From NCBI GenBank assembly GCA_951406725.2, contig OX597820.1:66774001-66838000 (forward strand): 64,000 bases of DNA. Direction: 5' to 3'. Shown piece after piece: positions 51,878-64,000 of this stretch. The notes under the pieces were generated by a model that saw only the letters and a list, made by a program, of their open reading frames with translations, was not told where the DNA came from and did no database searches. This DNA comes from Octopus vulgaris. Taxonomy: Eukaryota. The position numbers and the translations under genes were made by a program. Position 1 is the stretch's first letter. Each line of letters opens with the position of its first letter.

Positions 51878-52248
51878 CTACCACAGTAAAATAAAGGCAT
51901 ATACACATATATAGCATGCCTGTCTGCTTGTTAAGTACCTTTCTCACCCATTCTCTTGCAGTCGCTCCCTCCTCAGACACTTGCACTCTCCTTCTCTTGT
52001 CTCCTTACATCATAACAAATCAAAATGTGTGCCTCTATGTAGTAACTCAGTCCTCTAGAAATAGTCACCAAATTGCCCTCAAATCACTCCAAGTCCATCA
52101 ATTTTAAAAGAGGAAGATCACAACGCTGATAATCTTCACGCTTCAGTCACTTTAAGATGACCACTTGGAGGAGTTTTTGAACCCACTCTGTTACAAGCCC
52201 CTTAACTTAGCAGTTCAGCAAATGAAACTGATAGAATAAGTACCAGAT

Positions 52249-52835
52249 TTAACTCTTTAGCTTTTAAACCGGCCATATGAGATCCAACTATTCTTCTTGT
52301 TTTATGTTCAAATTGGAAAGATCAGGCCTCTTAAACTTACCTTACAATGTCATCCTAAGAATAAACAATCACATCATTGAAATCTCAAAGCTAGAAGAGA
52401 ATACATGAGTAATTTGTGGCTGTGTGGTAAGTAGCTTGCTTACCAACCACATCGTTCTGGGTTCATTCCCACTGTGTGGTACCTTGGGCAAGTGTCTTCT
52501 GCTATAGCCTCGGGCCGACCAAAGCCTTGTGAGTGGATTTGGTAGACGGAAACTAAAAGAAGCCCGTCATATATATGTATATGTGTGCTTGTCCCCCCCC
52601 CCCCACCAACATCGCTTGACAACCGATGGTGGTGTGTTTACGTCCCTGTAACTTAGCAGTTCAGCAAAAGAGACCGATAGAAAATAAGTACTAGGCTTCC
52701 GAAGAATAAGTCCTACGGTCGATTTGCTTGACTAAAGGCAGTGCTCCAGCATGGCCGCAGTCAAATGACTGAAACAAGTAAAGAGAGTAAACAAGCATCA
52801 CGTTTGACAGAATGATCGGAATGCTAAAGGGTTAA
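52249..52835. mobile_element. TTAA-type MITE interrupted by SINE A
   Basis: TTAA CTCTTTAGC ... GCTAAAGGG TTAA; body homologous to 28618-28831. Confidence 0.8.
52416..52790 (+). mobile_element. SINE A with minimal central microsatellite
   Basis: Near-consensus copy. Confidence 0.9.
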
Positions 52836-53738
52836 CAATGAAATTTGTGTAGGGGGTTGTGGTTTAAAGGCACGAAATAAGGTTGCCCTAACCTCAAGTT
52901 GCAATAAGGGACAACCAGTCAAATCATCCAGTTGTAATCATGTGTTGACTCTGCCAATCCCTTGCCAGCCATGACCACTACATGTAAATTACTAGCAGTA
53001 CATGACTTGCCTCACTCGCAGACCCCATAAGAAAGAGGCCAACTTGAACCTGCTGCTCACCAATGTGACGTCATCTCGTGTCCCTTCTGGTCTGGTCCCT
53101 TTGTGACATATCTCTATTTCTCCCTCCCAGTCAATTATCCTTCCATTACATGGGTTGTTTCATTTGACTAAAATTCTTCAAAGCAGTACCCCCAACATGG
53201 CTGCTGTCCAAAAAAAAAAAGAAAAAACTAAAACAACTAAAAAAAAAAAAATACATTACACATATATATATAAAATATATATTAAAAATGTCTTCCAGTT
53301 GTTTGATCACTGGAACTACCAACTATACGAATTTTAGTGTAAATTGCTGTTTATTCAACAGACATTTGTACCATTAATGTAATCTAAACAGTTTTCTGAC
53401 GACTCAATTATCAATCACATTGCTGGCATTGATCGCCTCGAGGCTGAAATGAGATGATTCATACACAAAGTGCTGAGGAGTAGGATTGAACTCAAGCTAT
53501 CAGACGAACCATCTTAGTTAGAAGGGAGCCGTTCCATCTAAATTAAATTGTTACTTAATTAAATATTCAGTTTTCTTGTTTGTTTTGTCTTTTGTTTTTT
53601 TTTTTTGGCGGTTTTTTTTATTCTGCTTTTTGTTTCTCAGTGAGAAAGCAATTAGACATATTGATGAATTAAATATTAAATTACACCAATATCAACTTAA
53701 ATGTTGCTATATATTAATGTTGAGTGTATATATATGTG

Positions 53739-53772
<34 letters not shown>

Positions 53773-54245
53773 GAGAGAGAGAGAGAGAGTATCAATGTTG
53801 TATGTGTATATATATATTTTTATGAGTGTATATATATATATATATGTTGGATGATGGTATGTATGTCTTTGCAGAGGAATGTATTCAAGTGTGTATATAT
53901 GTTTTTATATATTGTTGTGTGTGTATATATATGTATATATTTTTCTGTTAAGTGTGTGTGTGTATATATATATATATGTTATATGCATATGTTATTTTAT
54001 TTTATATTATATACACACACACACACGCACATATATATATACACACATATACATGTATATCTATCTATGTATGTTTGTGTATGTCCATATCTGTGTGTGT
54101 GTGCGTGCATGCATGCATTGTGTGTGTGTGTGTAATATTTCTCTGTTTTATTAAATCAAAACAATATTTCACAAGCTAAAGATTTTAAAAAACCTAAGAC
54201 TAAATCAATCAGTATTTTTCCATACAGATATACTAAAAAGGTTTT

Positions 54246-54288
<43 letters not shown>

Positions 54289-54566
54289 GTGTGTGTATGC
54301 ATGTGTGTATATATATATATCCATAATTTTTGTCTTTTTCTGATGTTGAATCTGTATTTTGAATGACATAACATACTTTACTACTTTACCTCTGACCTCC
54401 CTCATCACCATTCACAAATGTTTATTTATACATTCACACACACACACATATATATATTCATACATTTGCATTTGTATCAGCTTATATATGCATATAGATA
54501 TATGTAAGTATATGTGTGTATGTAGTATATCTGTGTATGTATATATGTATATGCGTGTGTGTGTGC

Positions 54567-54609
<43 letters not shown>

Positions 54610-55486
54610 ATTATGTATTTATACATATGTATATATATATGCATTTTTGTATGTATTTTTACAATATATATTATGTGTAGGTATATGTATGTGTGTGTAT
54701 ATGCCTGTATATGTAATGTATACATATGTATAGATAGGTAGACATAGACACAGTTATGTCTATAAAGGATATGAGTGTATACATACACACATACATACAT
54801 ACACACATACATACATATTGACACACACACACACACACGCACATAAAAACCTATCTTGATATTGCATAGGGGACAATCAAAATGAAACCATATTAATGGA
54901 ACACCCTTTTAAATATGTAACAGTTAGTGGTGGGGAGAGTTTGTTTTATTTTATCCCTTTACTGCTCTTTTTTTAAACACATACACAAACACAAACAAAC
55001 ACATACATATACACAGGCACACATACACACACATGTACCCATATAATGCGTGTACCACTCACAAATTCTTTATCCACTATATTCAGAAATACTTTTGTTT
55101 TCATTGCTTCAACATCAAGCGTATTTTTGTATTGTTTTTGTGTTATATACTATTTTTTTTTAGGTTACTGGTATTGTTTTTTTTTTCACTTTTGTTTTTA
55201 CATAATGTTTTTCTGTGGCAATTTAGATATTCACTCTCCAGTTCTTGGCTCTCCATCTCCATCTCCCTCTCTCTCTCTCACTTCTCTCCTCTGTCTCTTC
55301 GATGCTCACCCCGCCCTGATAGATTACCATATCTTCTCCCACTCTCCTCTCTTGGTCTACCAATCCTTTCCACAGCCTCTGTTACTCTGCAAATAACTAG
55401 CAAGAACCATTTCCAAAGACCCTCTTCACAAATGACCTCAGTTCTTTCTATATAATACACTCTACTAACAATATAAACACACATAT

Positions 55487-55524
<38 letters not shown>

Positions 55525-55534
55525 TATATAGTTT

Positions 55535-55887
55535 ACTTTAATTCAGTCATTGGACTGTGGCCATGTTGGGGCATCGCCTTTAATGGTTTAGTCAAACAAA
55601 TCACACACACCCACCATACTTACTTATTTTACCAGTCTCTGCTAAGTTACAAGGATGTAAACAAACCAACAATAATTGTCAAGAGGTGGTTGGGAAACAA
55701 GCACAACAGCAAACATCATTCTGCTGGGTGGTTGGTGTTATGAAGGGCACCCAGCTGTAAAAGCTCTTCCAAAACAGACACAGAAGTCTGGTGCAGGCTC
55801 CTACCTGGCCAGCTCCTGCCAAACCATCCAATACATACCAGCATGGAAAGTCAACATTAACTGATGATGATGATGATAATGATGATG

Positions 55888-55933
<46 letters not shown>

Positions 55934-56140
55934 CAATACATATGCACACAAACATGTGTGTACGTGTGTGTGTATTTAATGGGCTTCTTTCAGTTTCCAT
56001 CTACCAAATCTGCTTACATGGCTTTTGACAGCCCAAAGCTATAACAAAAAGACACTTGCCCAAGATACCATGCAGTGGGACTGAACCCCAAGCCATTTAG
56101 TTCGGAAGCAGACTTATTACCAAACAGCCACAACTGCACA
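55535..56140 (-). mobile_element. Old SINE A with a + strand D fragment (55725-55892) inserted
   Basis: Tail at 55535-55700; head at 55980-56140. Confidence 0.7.
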
Positions 56141-56324
56141 CACACACACACATACACTACAGTATTTGCAACTTCCTACAATGTACAATTACACTTACAT
56201 TGTACTTACATTACACTCACATTAACCTACAGTGCACCGGACTACACACTATCTACTACACTACACTTACATTGTACACAACACTTACAAAATACACTTA
56301 TAGAATCAAATCAATGTGTGTGAG

Positions 56325-56463
56325 TGTATCTTTGTGGTTAAGAAGTTTGCCCCCCAACCATGTGGTTTTGGGTTCAGTCCTACTGTGTGGTAGCTTAGGA
56401 AAGTGTTTTCTATAGCCCTGGGACACCCAAAGCCTTGTGAATGGATTTGATAAACAGAAACTG
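56325..56463 (+). mobile_element. SINE A head fragment
   Basis: TGTGGTTAAGAAGTTTGC...GGTTCAGTCCTACTG...CCAAAGCCTTGTGAATGGATTTG. Confidence 0.65.
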
Positions 56464-56785
56464 CATTTCAATCCCTCAACCGCGAGTCTGCTGCTCTCAC
56501 CACTAGGCCACGTGCCTCCCCACAGTTTCACTTTAGTTTTAATGTTTTCCATTTGTTAATATCTTATATCTTGTCTATAAAGATGTTGGAACAATGGCCG
56601 ATTGGCTTTTGGTTTCTTCCTTTCCTTCTCCCTCTCCACAGCCTCCTCTTTATTATTGTTGTTGTTGTTATTTTTCCATAATTCTTTTCTATTTTTACTT
56701 CTTCTGTCCATAATTCTTCTTACTACTCCCTGTATCCATAATTCTTCATTTACTTAAACTTTTGTATTATTGTGGTTTGTGGATG

Positions 56786-56855
<70 letters not shown>

Positions 56856-57739
56856 GTCTATCTATCTATCTTTTCTTTCTCCCTTCTTTCTCTCTTTCGC
56901 TCTGTTTGGGTTTGGCAGCGGGGGTGGGGGGACGGAAAGGAAGGGATAAGGAGGAAGAGAAAGGTATTTTAGTTCTTTTCTCCCCCTATCTCTCCCAACA
57001 CCTAAGTTCATCATGAAATATAATGTGTATATTGGGAGGGTGGGTTGTTACATACATATACACAATTCTATAAACACACACACACACACATATATTCAAA
57101 GCAAAACAACATTATTGAGAATAACTGAAAATACACCACATTGTCATCATCTTAAGGAAAGAGGAAAAAAAAATGATTATTTATAGCAGTATGATGATGA
57201 TGGTAGTAGTGGTGGTGGTGGTGGTGGCAGTGGTGTGTTGGACAATATCAGGTACAGAGAGAAAGAGAGAAGAGTGGGGTTTAAAAAATGCTATACCTTA
57301 CTTATTCTAACTTATATGTACGTACATATATATATATATATATATATTGACATATATACATATTTATACATATATATATATATATATGTATGGTATATAT
57401 ATATACACATATGGTATACACACACACATATATATGTGTATGTGTGTGTGTGTGTATATATATGTATTTATTCCATTACCAAATTATATGAACTGGCCGT
57501 AAATATGTCTCTGTATCCAGTGTTTCCGGCCTTTTATCTTCATTCTTGGGAATCTACTCTTAGAAAAGAATGATTTCTTGGATTCTGAACGATTTGGTTC
57601 CTTGAACCTTTTGGTAAAAACATGGGGTGGAAGGAGTGGTCGGCAGGGTTGGATAAGGGAATGGAAGAATCTGTGTTTGTTTTATTGTTTTATTATTTCG
57701 TTTTATTTCTATTGATTTCTTTCATTAATGCACTTCGCT

Positions 57740-57798
57740 CTTACTGAAGAATTTTTTTTATATTTTTACCACACTAACACACACATACACACACACTT

Positions 57799-57829
<31 letters not shown>

Positions 57830-57864
57830 CATTCCACTCACTACTCTACTTTAGTGTGTGTGTG

Positions 57865-57898
<34 letters not shown>

Positions 57899-57975
57899 TA
57901 CACTTTAAGGCATACATAGGTACTTAACATAGATATATATATATATGTGAGTGTGTGTGTATATGTGTGAGTATA

Positions 57976-58026
<51 letters not shown>

Positions 58027-58390
58027 GTATATATATACATACATAGATATGTATACATGCATATATATATATTATATGTATATATATATATATATATACA
58101 TACATGTATACATGCATATATATATACATACATGAACATGCATACATACTTAATGTATGCAGCCGTTCATATTTGTATACATTTGTACTTGGAAATAGAT
58201 ACACATTTATACTTACAAACATGTATGGACGCATACATACTTACTCACACATATATAAATGTATGCACACATGCATATTTGCAATCATACATGCACATAT
58301 GCATGCCTTCACACCGACTAGATATACACATATACTTACTCATGTGCTCACACACAAAAATACACATATGCACTCACACACACACAGATA
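57740..58390. repeat. (TA/CA) microsatellite field
   Basis: Direct reading. Confidence 0.9.
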
Positions 58391-58409
58391 GATGGCTAAG
58401 TGGATTACT

Positions 58410-58575
58410 GTAGGCATGGTTGTGTGGTCAAGAAATGCATGTTGCAATGACATGATTTTGGGTTCAGTCTCACTGCACAGCACCTTGGGAAAATTACTTC
58501 TTCTGTTGCCCTGAGCAAATCAGTATCTTGTGAATGAATTTTGTAACCAGGAACTGTTCAGAAGCTCATCATGTG
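58410..58575 (+). mobile_element. SINE A head fragment, old
   Basis: AGGCATGGTTGTGTGGTCAAG...GGTTCAGTCTCACTGCACAGCACCTTGGG. Confidence 0.65.
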
Positions 58576-58786
58576 TTTGTGTGTGTGCGTGAGAGAGAGA
58601 GAAAGAGAGAGAGAGAATGAGAGAGAGGGTTAGTATACAGAATTTTAAAAAAGGCTTCAAATAGTTTCATTTATGTAACATGCCAAATTATTGTATCTCT
58701 ACGGCATGAAGTCAGACACTACTGTGTATATACTACAGAAGTATACTATATGTGTGTGTATATGTATATGTATGTACATATATATA

Positions 58787-59004
58787 TACTCTTACTCTTT
58801 ACTCTTTTACTTGTTTCAGTCATTTGACTGCGGCCATGCTGGAGCACCGCCTTTAGTTGAGCAAATCAACCCCGGGACTTATTCTTTGTAAGCCCAGTAC
58901 TTATGCTATCGGTCTCTTTTACCGAACCGCTAAGTGACGGGGACGTAAACACACCAGCATCGGTTGTCAAGCAATGCTAGGGGGACAAACACAGACACAC
59001 AAAC

Positions 59005-59035
<31 letters not shown>

Positions 59036-59206
59036 CATATATACGACAGGCTTTTTTCAGTTTCCGTCTACCAAATGCACTCACATGGCATTGGTTGGCC
59101 TGGGGCTATAGCAGAAGACACTTGCCCAAGATGCCACGCAGTGGGACTGAACCTGGAACCATATGGTTGGTAAGCAAGCTACTTACCACACAGCCACTCC
59201 TGCGCC
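58787..59206 (-). mobile_element. Full-length SINE A
   Basis: Near-consensus with (TACTCTTT)n tail repeats and head CACAGCCACTCCTGCGCC. Confidence 0.92.
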
Positions 59207-59796
59207 TTAATATATATATTAAGAAACAGAAAATTCATAGCTTATTCCTCATCAGCCAGTGTTGAAAGACCATTACAATTTTGCGCCTTTAAACTTTGAT
59301 ATTGTTCACTTTTGGTGTCACCTGTGGCGAAAAGCCTCTGGGAATAGATAACGAATGTATAGGACAACAAAAACAAACACAACACAATAAAATATACATA
59401 TACAAGATGGTATAAATGTGTATAGATGTATACACGCACATATATGTACATGTATATATGTGTTTGTGTTTATCCCCCAGATCTGTGCCAACTCAGAAAA
59501 CCTATCTCTGAAGTTTGTAAGATTTATTTGAGGGAATCTGGCTGCTGTTTCTTGCAGGTCAAAAACTGTTTAAGAGTTTTCTGGTGGTTTATTCGACAGA
59601 GGTAGAGGTGTAGAGCAAGGATGCTGGTGGAGATAGTATTGACAAGAGCATCATCATTCTCATGGGATACCCCAATGTTTTAGAGATAAAGATTTGTTAA
59701 ATATCTAAATGAAATTTCTTAACTTGTGTATTATCTGAGCGCTGTAATTGTTAGTTTTTAGCTCATGCCAATAATGGTGGTGGTCACTCGAGTAGT

Positions 59797-59834
<38 letters not shown>

Positions 59835-59892
59835 ACCTTTCAATATATTTATAGACAAATCATATCCGTCTATATATGTGTGGGTATGTAGG

Positions 59893-59980
<88 letters not shown>

Positions 59981-59988
59981 TGTATATG

Positions 59989-60023
<35 letters not shown>

Positions 60024-60689
60024 GTATAGCACTTATCACTACCACTATATCAATATTTATGTTCACATCTATCAATATTTATCTCTCTTCTGTCCGTCTG
60101 TCTATCTATTTGTTTTTCCCTTGTTTTGGTCATTATTTAGCCATCTATCTCTGTTGGTTTCTCTCCCACCCAGCCGTCCACCTCTTCTTTCCCCACCTCT
60201 CTCTACTCTGTATGTGTGTGTGTATGTATATATATATATATATATATTATGTATATATATATATATATATATATATAGTCATTATTTGCTAGTCTATCAG
60301 TCATTCGTTATATATAATTATATATATATATGTGTGTGTGTGTGTCTGTAAGTCTATCTCCACCACCACCCAACACTGTCCAGCATCTTTCTCACTCGCT
60401 CTCTCATTTCTCATTCTTTTTATCTTGGTCTTTATCTGACTATTTATCTATCAATCCTCACTCTGCCAATATATCTATTTCGATATCTTTTTCCTACTTG
60501 GCAACTCCATCATTTTCGTCATCATATATCTGTAAAAAGGTAAAATTTATTTAAATTCATTTAAATTTCAAAAAAAAAAATGATACGCACAAGTTGTAGA
60601 GGAGAAATAGGGCTACAAAGAGGAAGAAACACACCTACAATGAAAATATTTTTTCTGTTAATTCAAATGATATTAGGATGCCCTAAATT

Positions 60690-60900
60690 ACAAGGATGTG
60701 CCAAAAAGTTCGCTGGGCAAAATGCTTGGCAGTATTTCGTCTGTCTTTACATTCCGAGTTCAAATTCCTCCGAGGTCAACTTTGCCTTTCATCCTTTCAG
60801 GGTCGATAAAATAAGTATCAGTTGCAAACTGGGGGCGATTTAATCAACCGGGCCCCATCCTCCAAAATTCCGAGCCTTGTGCCTAGAGTAGAAAAGAAAA
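60690..60900 (+). mobile_element. SINE B, tail variant 2
   Basis: GAGTTCAAATTCCTCCGAGGTCAACTTTGCCTTTCATCCTTTCAGGGTCGATAAA...GCCTTGTGCCTAGAGTAGAAAAGA. Confidence 0.85.
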
Positions 60901-61087
60901 TACAGAAGGATCAGTTAATTATAATTTTATTTAACATATTCCCCTCTCAGATTCACATGCTTGTGGCTGCAGTCCTTCAGATATATATATATATCAGAAA
61001 CAAGTTTAAAATAAATGTCATTACATATTTTTCCTTTATTGAAGCAAATTTGTCTTACAGCTGTTTCCACCCAGATTGATAATCCCT

Positions 61088-61089
<2 letters not shown>

Positions 61090-61124
<35 letters not shown>

Positions 61125-61127
61125 GCG

Positions 61128-61171
<44 letters not shown>

Positions 61172-61288
61172 GTATGTATGTATAAGTGTGTATATATATA
61201 TGTATTGTATTATGTATAAGTGTGTGTGTGTATATATATGTATATATGTATATATATATATATATATATGCATATATGTGTATGTATA

Positions 61289-61330
<42 letters not shown>

Positions 61331-61383
61331 TATATGTATGTAGTGTGTGTGTGTGTATATATATATATGCATATATGTATGTA

Positions 61384-61423
<40 letters not shown>

Positions 61424-61450
61424 ACATGCATACATTTCTGTATATACATG
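61090..61450. repeat. (TA/TG) microsatellite field
   Basis: Direct reading. Confidence 0.9.
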
Positions 61451-62066
61451 ATTAATAGCGATAGAAGGTGTATTTATCCCCTCTTAAATGCTGTGTTAGA
61501 ACACAAAATACTGTGATAGTTACCTTGACACAACCTCCAGGCTTCCACACAGTTTCTGCAAAGGCATTGGTCAGCCCAGGGCTATAGCAAAAGACACTTG
61601 CCTACCCAAGTTGCCACGCATAAGGACTGAACCTGATACCCCTGGGTTGCAGAGCAAGCTTCTTCTATCTATCTATCTATCTATCTATCTACCTATCTGC
61701 CTAATCTAATTGCACCTACTTATCTACCTATCCTCCCACCACCACCTGATCTTTTCAGTGTTTGTATGCCTATCTCTTGACCCACCCACCTACTTTTCTC
61801 CTTCTCCTCCTCTGATCCATCCTTTCTTAATCCAACCCCTGCCCCCCTCCCCAGTCCCCACCTTTTATGTCTGTCTGTCTGTCTGTCTGTCTTACAAGGA
61901 AACACTTATCAGTCCAAATATCTCTTCTTTATTTCTCGTGACCACATCACTCAATTATTTTACTTCTTTGAGAATGGAATTTCTTTTGATATCCCTCTCA
62001 ATCTTCCTGGATTCTTCGCAAACAAAAACCTATTATTATTATTACTATTATCATTATTATTTATTA

Positions 62067-62107
<41 letters not shown>

Positions 62108-63059
62108 GATGATGATGATGAGGATAATAATGATGTTACTAACAATGATTACAATCATTATCATATTTGTTATCAATTTTTCTTTTTGTTTTTGTTTGTT
62201 TTATTCATTTTGTTTTTGGTTTGTTTTTGCATTATTGTTGACATGGCTGTTGTTATCAACACATCAATGCTGCTATTATCCTCGTTTTCATCACCATCAT
62301 CATCATCATCATCATCAACATCACCACCATTACCATTGTCATCATCATCATCATCATCGTCGTCTTCATCGTCATCCACTATGCATTGGCTGGGAATGCA
62401 TGAAACTATGCAATCACTGCCACATGTGCATGTATGTATATTTGTATATATGCATATGCACACATATGAATGCCTGTAAGGGGTGGGTGGATGGGTGTTT
62501 GTAGTGAGCGATGGTAAAATGGGGGGGTGAGGGGATAGACTCGTGGGGGGGGAAGGATAGCAGATATGATAGAAGAAGAAGAGGAAGAGGAGGAGGAGGG
62601 GAAAGAAGGGAGGAAGAAAGATTTCGGTGAGGTTAGCAATGCAAGAGCTGGGGTAGGAGGTTGAAGTGAAGTTGGATAGGTGCAAGGACATGTCGGGAGA
62701 TAGGGATGCAGTGAGAAGGGATGGGTGAATACTATAGAAAGTCTGCTGGTTAGGAAGGTGCTTTTGTCATAAAATTCCGGTATCTGAAGACTCATTTCTT
62801 CAAAAAAAAAATATTTTAAGAAAAAAAATTTCTAAATAAAAACAGAAAAAATAGCCCCAACCATTATCTCCGCCTCTGCCAGTACTCCTCTCCCCCCTCT
62901 CTTTCTCTATTCCTTTTTTTAATAACTAGAAAATTGAAAAATGAAAAAAATATAAAATCACAGCCCCACCCTCTCCCCCACCCCTCAAATATTAAAATCC
63001 TTATGAGACTATTGTCATCCGTTTGGCCTCTGTCACCACTACTGCTACCACAAGTGTCA

Positions 63060-63354
63060 ACATCAGCATCATCATCATCATTGTCACTAGTGTCATTCTA
63101 TTATCATCATTCCATCATCTTCACCGTCGTCATTGTTGCCGTCATGATCATCACCATCATCATCATTCCATCATCATCAGCACCAATGTCGTCACCATCA
63201 TCATCACCATCATCATTGTCATCACCACTACCACCGTCGTCATCATCATTATCATCATCATCACCACCAGCACTATTCCATCATAATCATCATCACCATC
63301 ATCATCATAGTCATCATCATCACTGTCATTGTCATCACCATCCTCATAATAATC

Positions 63355-63386
<32 letters not shown>

Positions 63387-63395
63387 CACTGCAAT
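63060..63395. repeat. Degenerate (CAT/CAC)n trinucleotide repeat
   Basis: Source of the poly-His/Ser/Ile pseudo-ORFs. Confidence 0.9.
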
Positions 63396-63625
63396 TATTA
63401 CCAGATTCTTTATCTCTTTGTCTTTTTGCTTGTGACAGTCATTAGACTGATGCCAAGCTGGAGCAGCCTGCCTTGAAGGGCGTTTTCTCTCAAACAGTAC
63501 TTAGTGTTTTTGTTTCCTTTTTTTCAAGTCCAATACTTATATTATTGGTGTAGTTTTGCCAAACCTCTAGCTTCCAGGGATGTAAACAAGCCAACACCAG
63601 TTGTCAAATAGATGTGAAAATATCA

Positions 63626-64000
63626 CAGGAGTCGCTGTGTGGTAAGTAGCTTGCTTACCAACCACTTGGTTCTGGGTTCAGCCCCATTGCTTGGCACCTT
63701 GGTCAAGTGTCTTCTACTATAGTCTCAGGCCATTCAAGGCCTTGTGAGTGGATTTGGTAGATGGAAACTGAAAGAAGCCCATTGTATATATATGTATGTT
63801 TGTGTGTCTGTGTATGTCCCCCCACAACATCGGTTGTCAACCGATGTTGGTGTGTTTGCATCCCTGTAACTTAGCAGTTCAGCAAAAGTGACCGATAGAA
63901 CAAGTACTAGGTTTACAAAGAATAAGTCCTGGGAGTTGATTTGTTCAACTAAAAGCGGTGCTCCAGCATGGCTGCAGTCAAATGACAAATAAAAGAATAA
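63626..64000 (+). mobile_element. Full-length SINE A
   Basis: CAGGAGTCGCTGTGTGGTAAGTAGC...GCTCCAGCATGGCTGCAGTCAAATGAC. Confidence 0.9.

Noticed and set aside
62620-62800. Possible LINE C-terminal remnant on the minus strand (also 27540-27700)
   Set aside because: Only faint motif resemblance; too decayed to support by eye.
61710-63476. 264-aa and 180-aa ORFs with poly-His/Ser/Leu/Ile
   Set aside because: Chains of (ATT)n and (CAT)n repeats; no domain or splice support.

Overview
Eukaryotic, AT-rich, repeat-saturated DNA with no host protein-coding exon that I can support. The repeat families look like those of an octopus (coleoid cephalopod) genome, so this is probably a long intron or intergenic region; both points are inferences. 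Almost all six-frame ORFs are translations of (TA)n, (CA)n, (CT)n, (TCTA)n, (CAT)n or (AAT)n microsatellites. The real content is: (i) many copies of three tRNA-derived SINE families (labelled A, B, C here) plus a fourth interspersed family (E); (ii) about a dozen 3' ends (D) of an RTE-clade LINE; (iii) decayed coding remnants of two RTE LINEs, a CR1/L2-type LINE, a pogo/Tigger transposase and an internally deleted Tc1/mariner element with intact TIRs; (iv) hAT-type and TTAA-type MITEs and a non-autonomous Helitron. The strongest candidates for something new are a young, CpG-rich ~360-bp unit present as a 1.7-mer in (TA)n at 23257-23874, which folds with + strand G-U wobbles and lies beside a Penelope-type minimal hammerhead motif, and a candidate recursive splice site (CAG|GTATGT) at 39654/39655. 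Also notable are a SINE-like 28/56-bp minisatellite and a four-level TE nest. Boundaries of decayed repeats are approximate.
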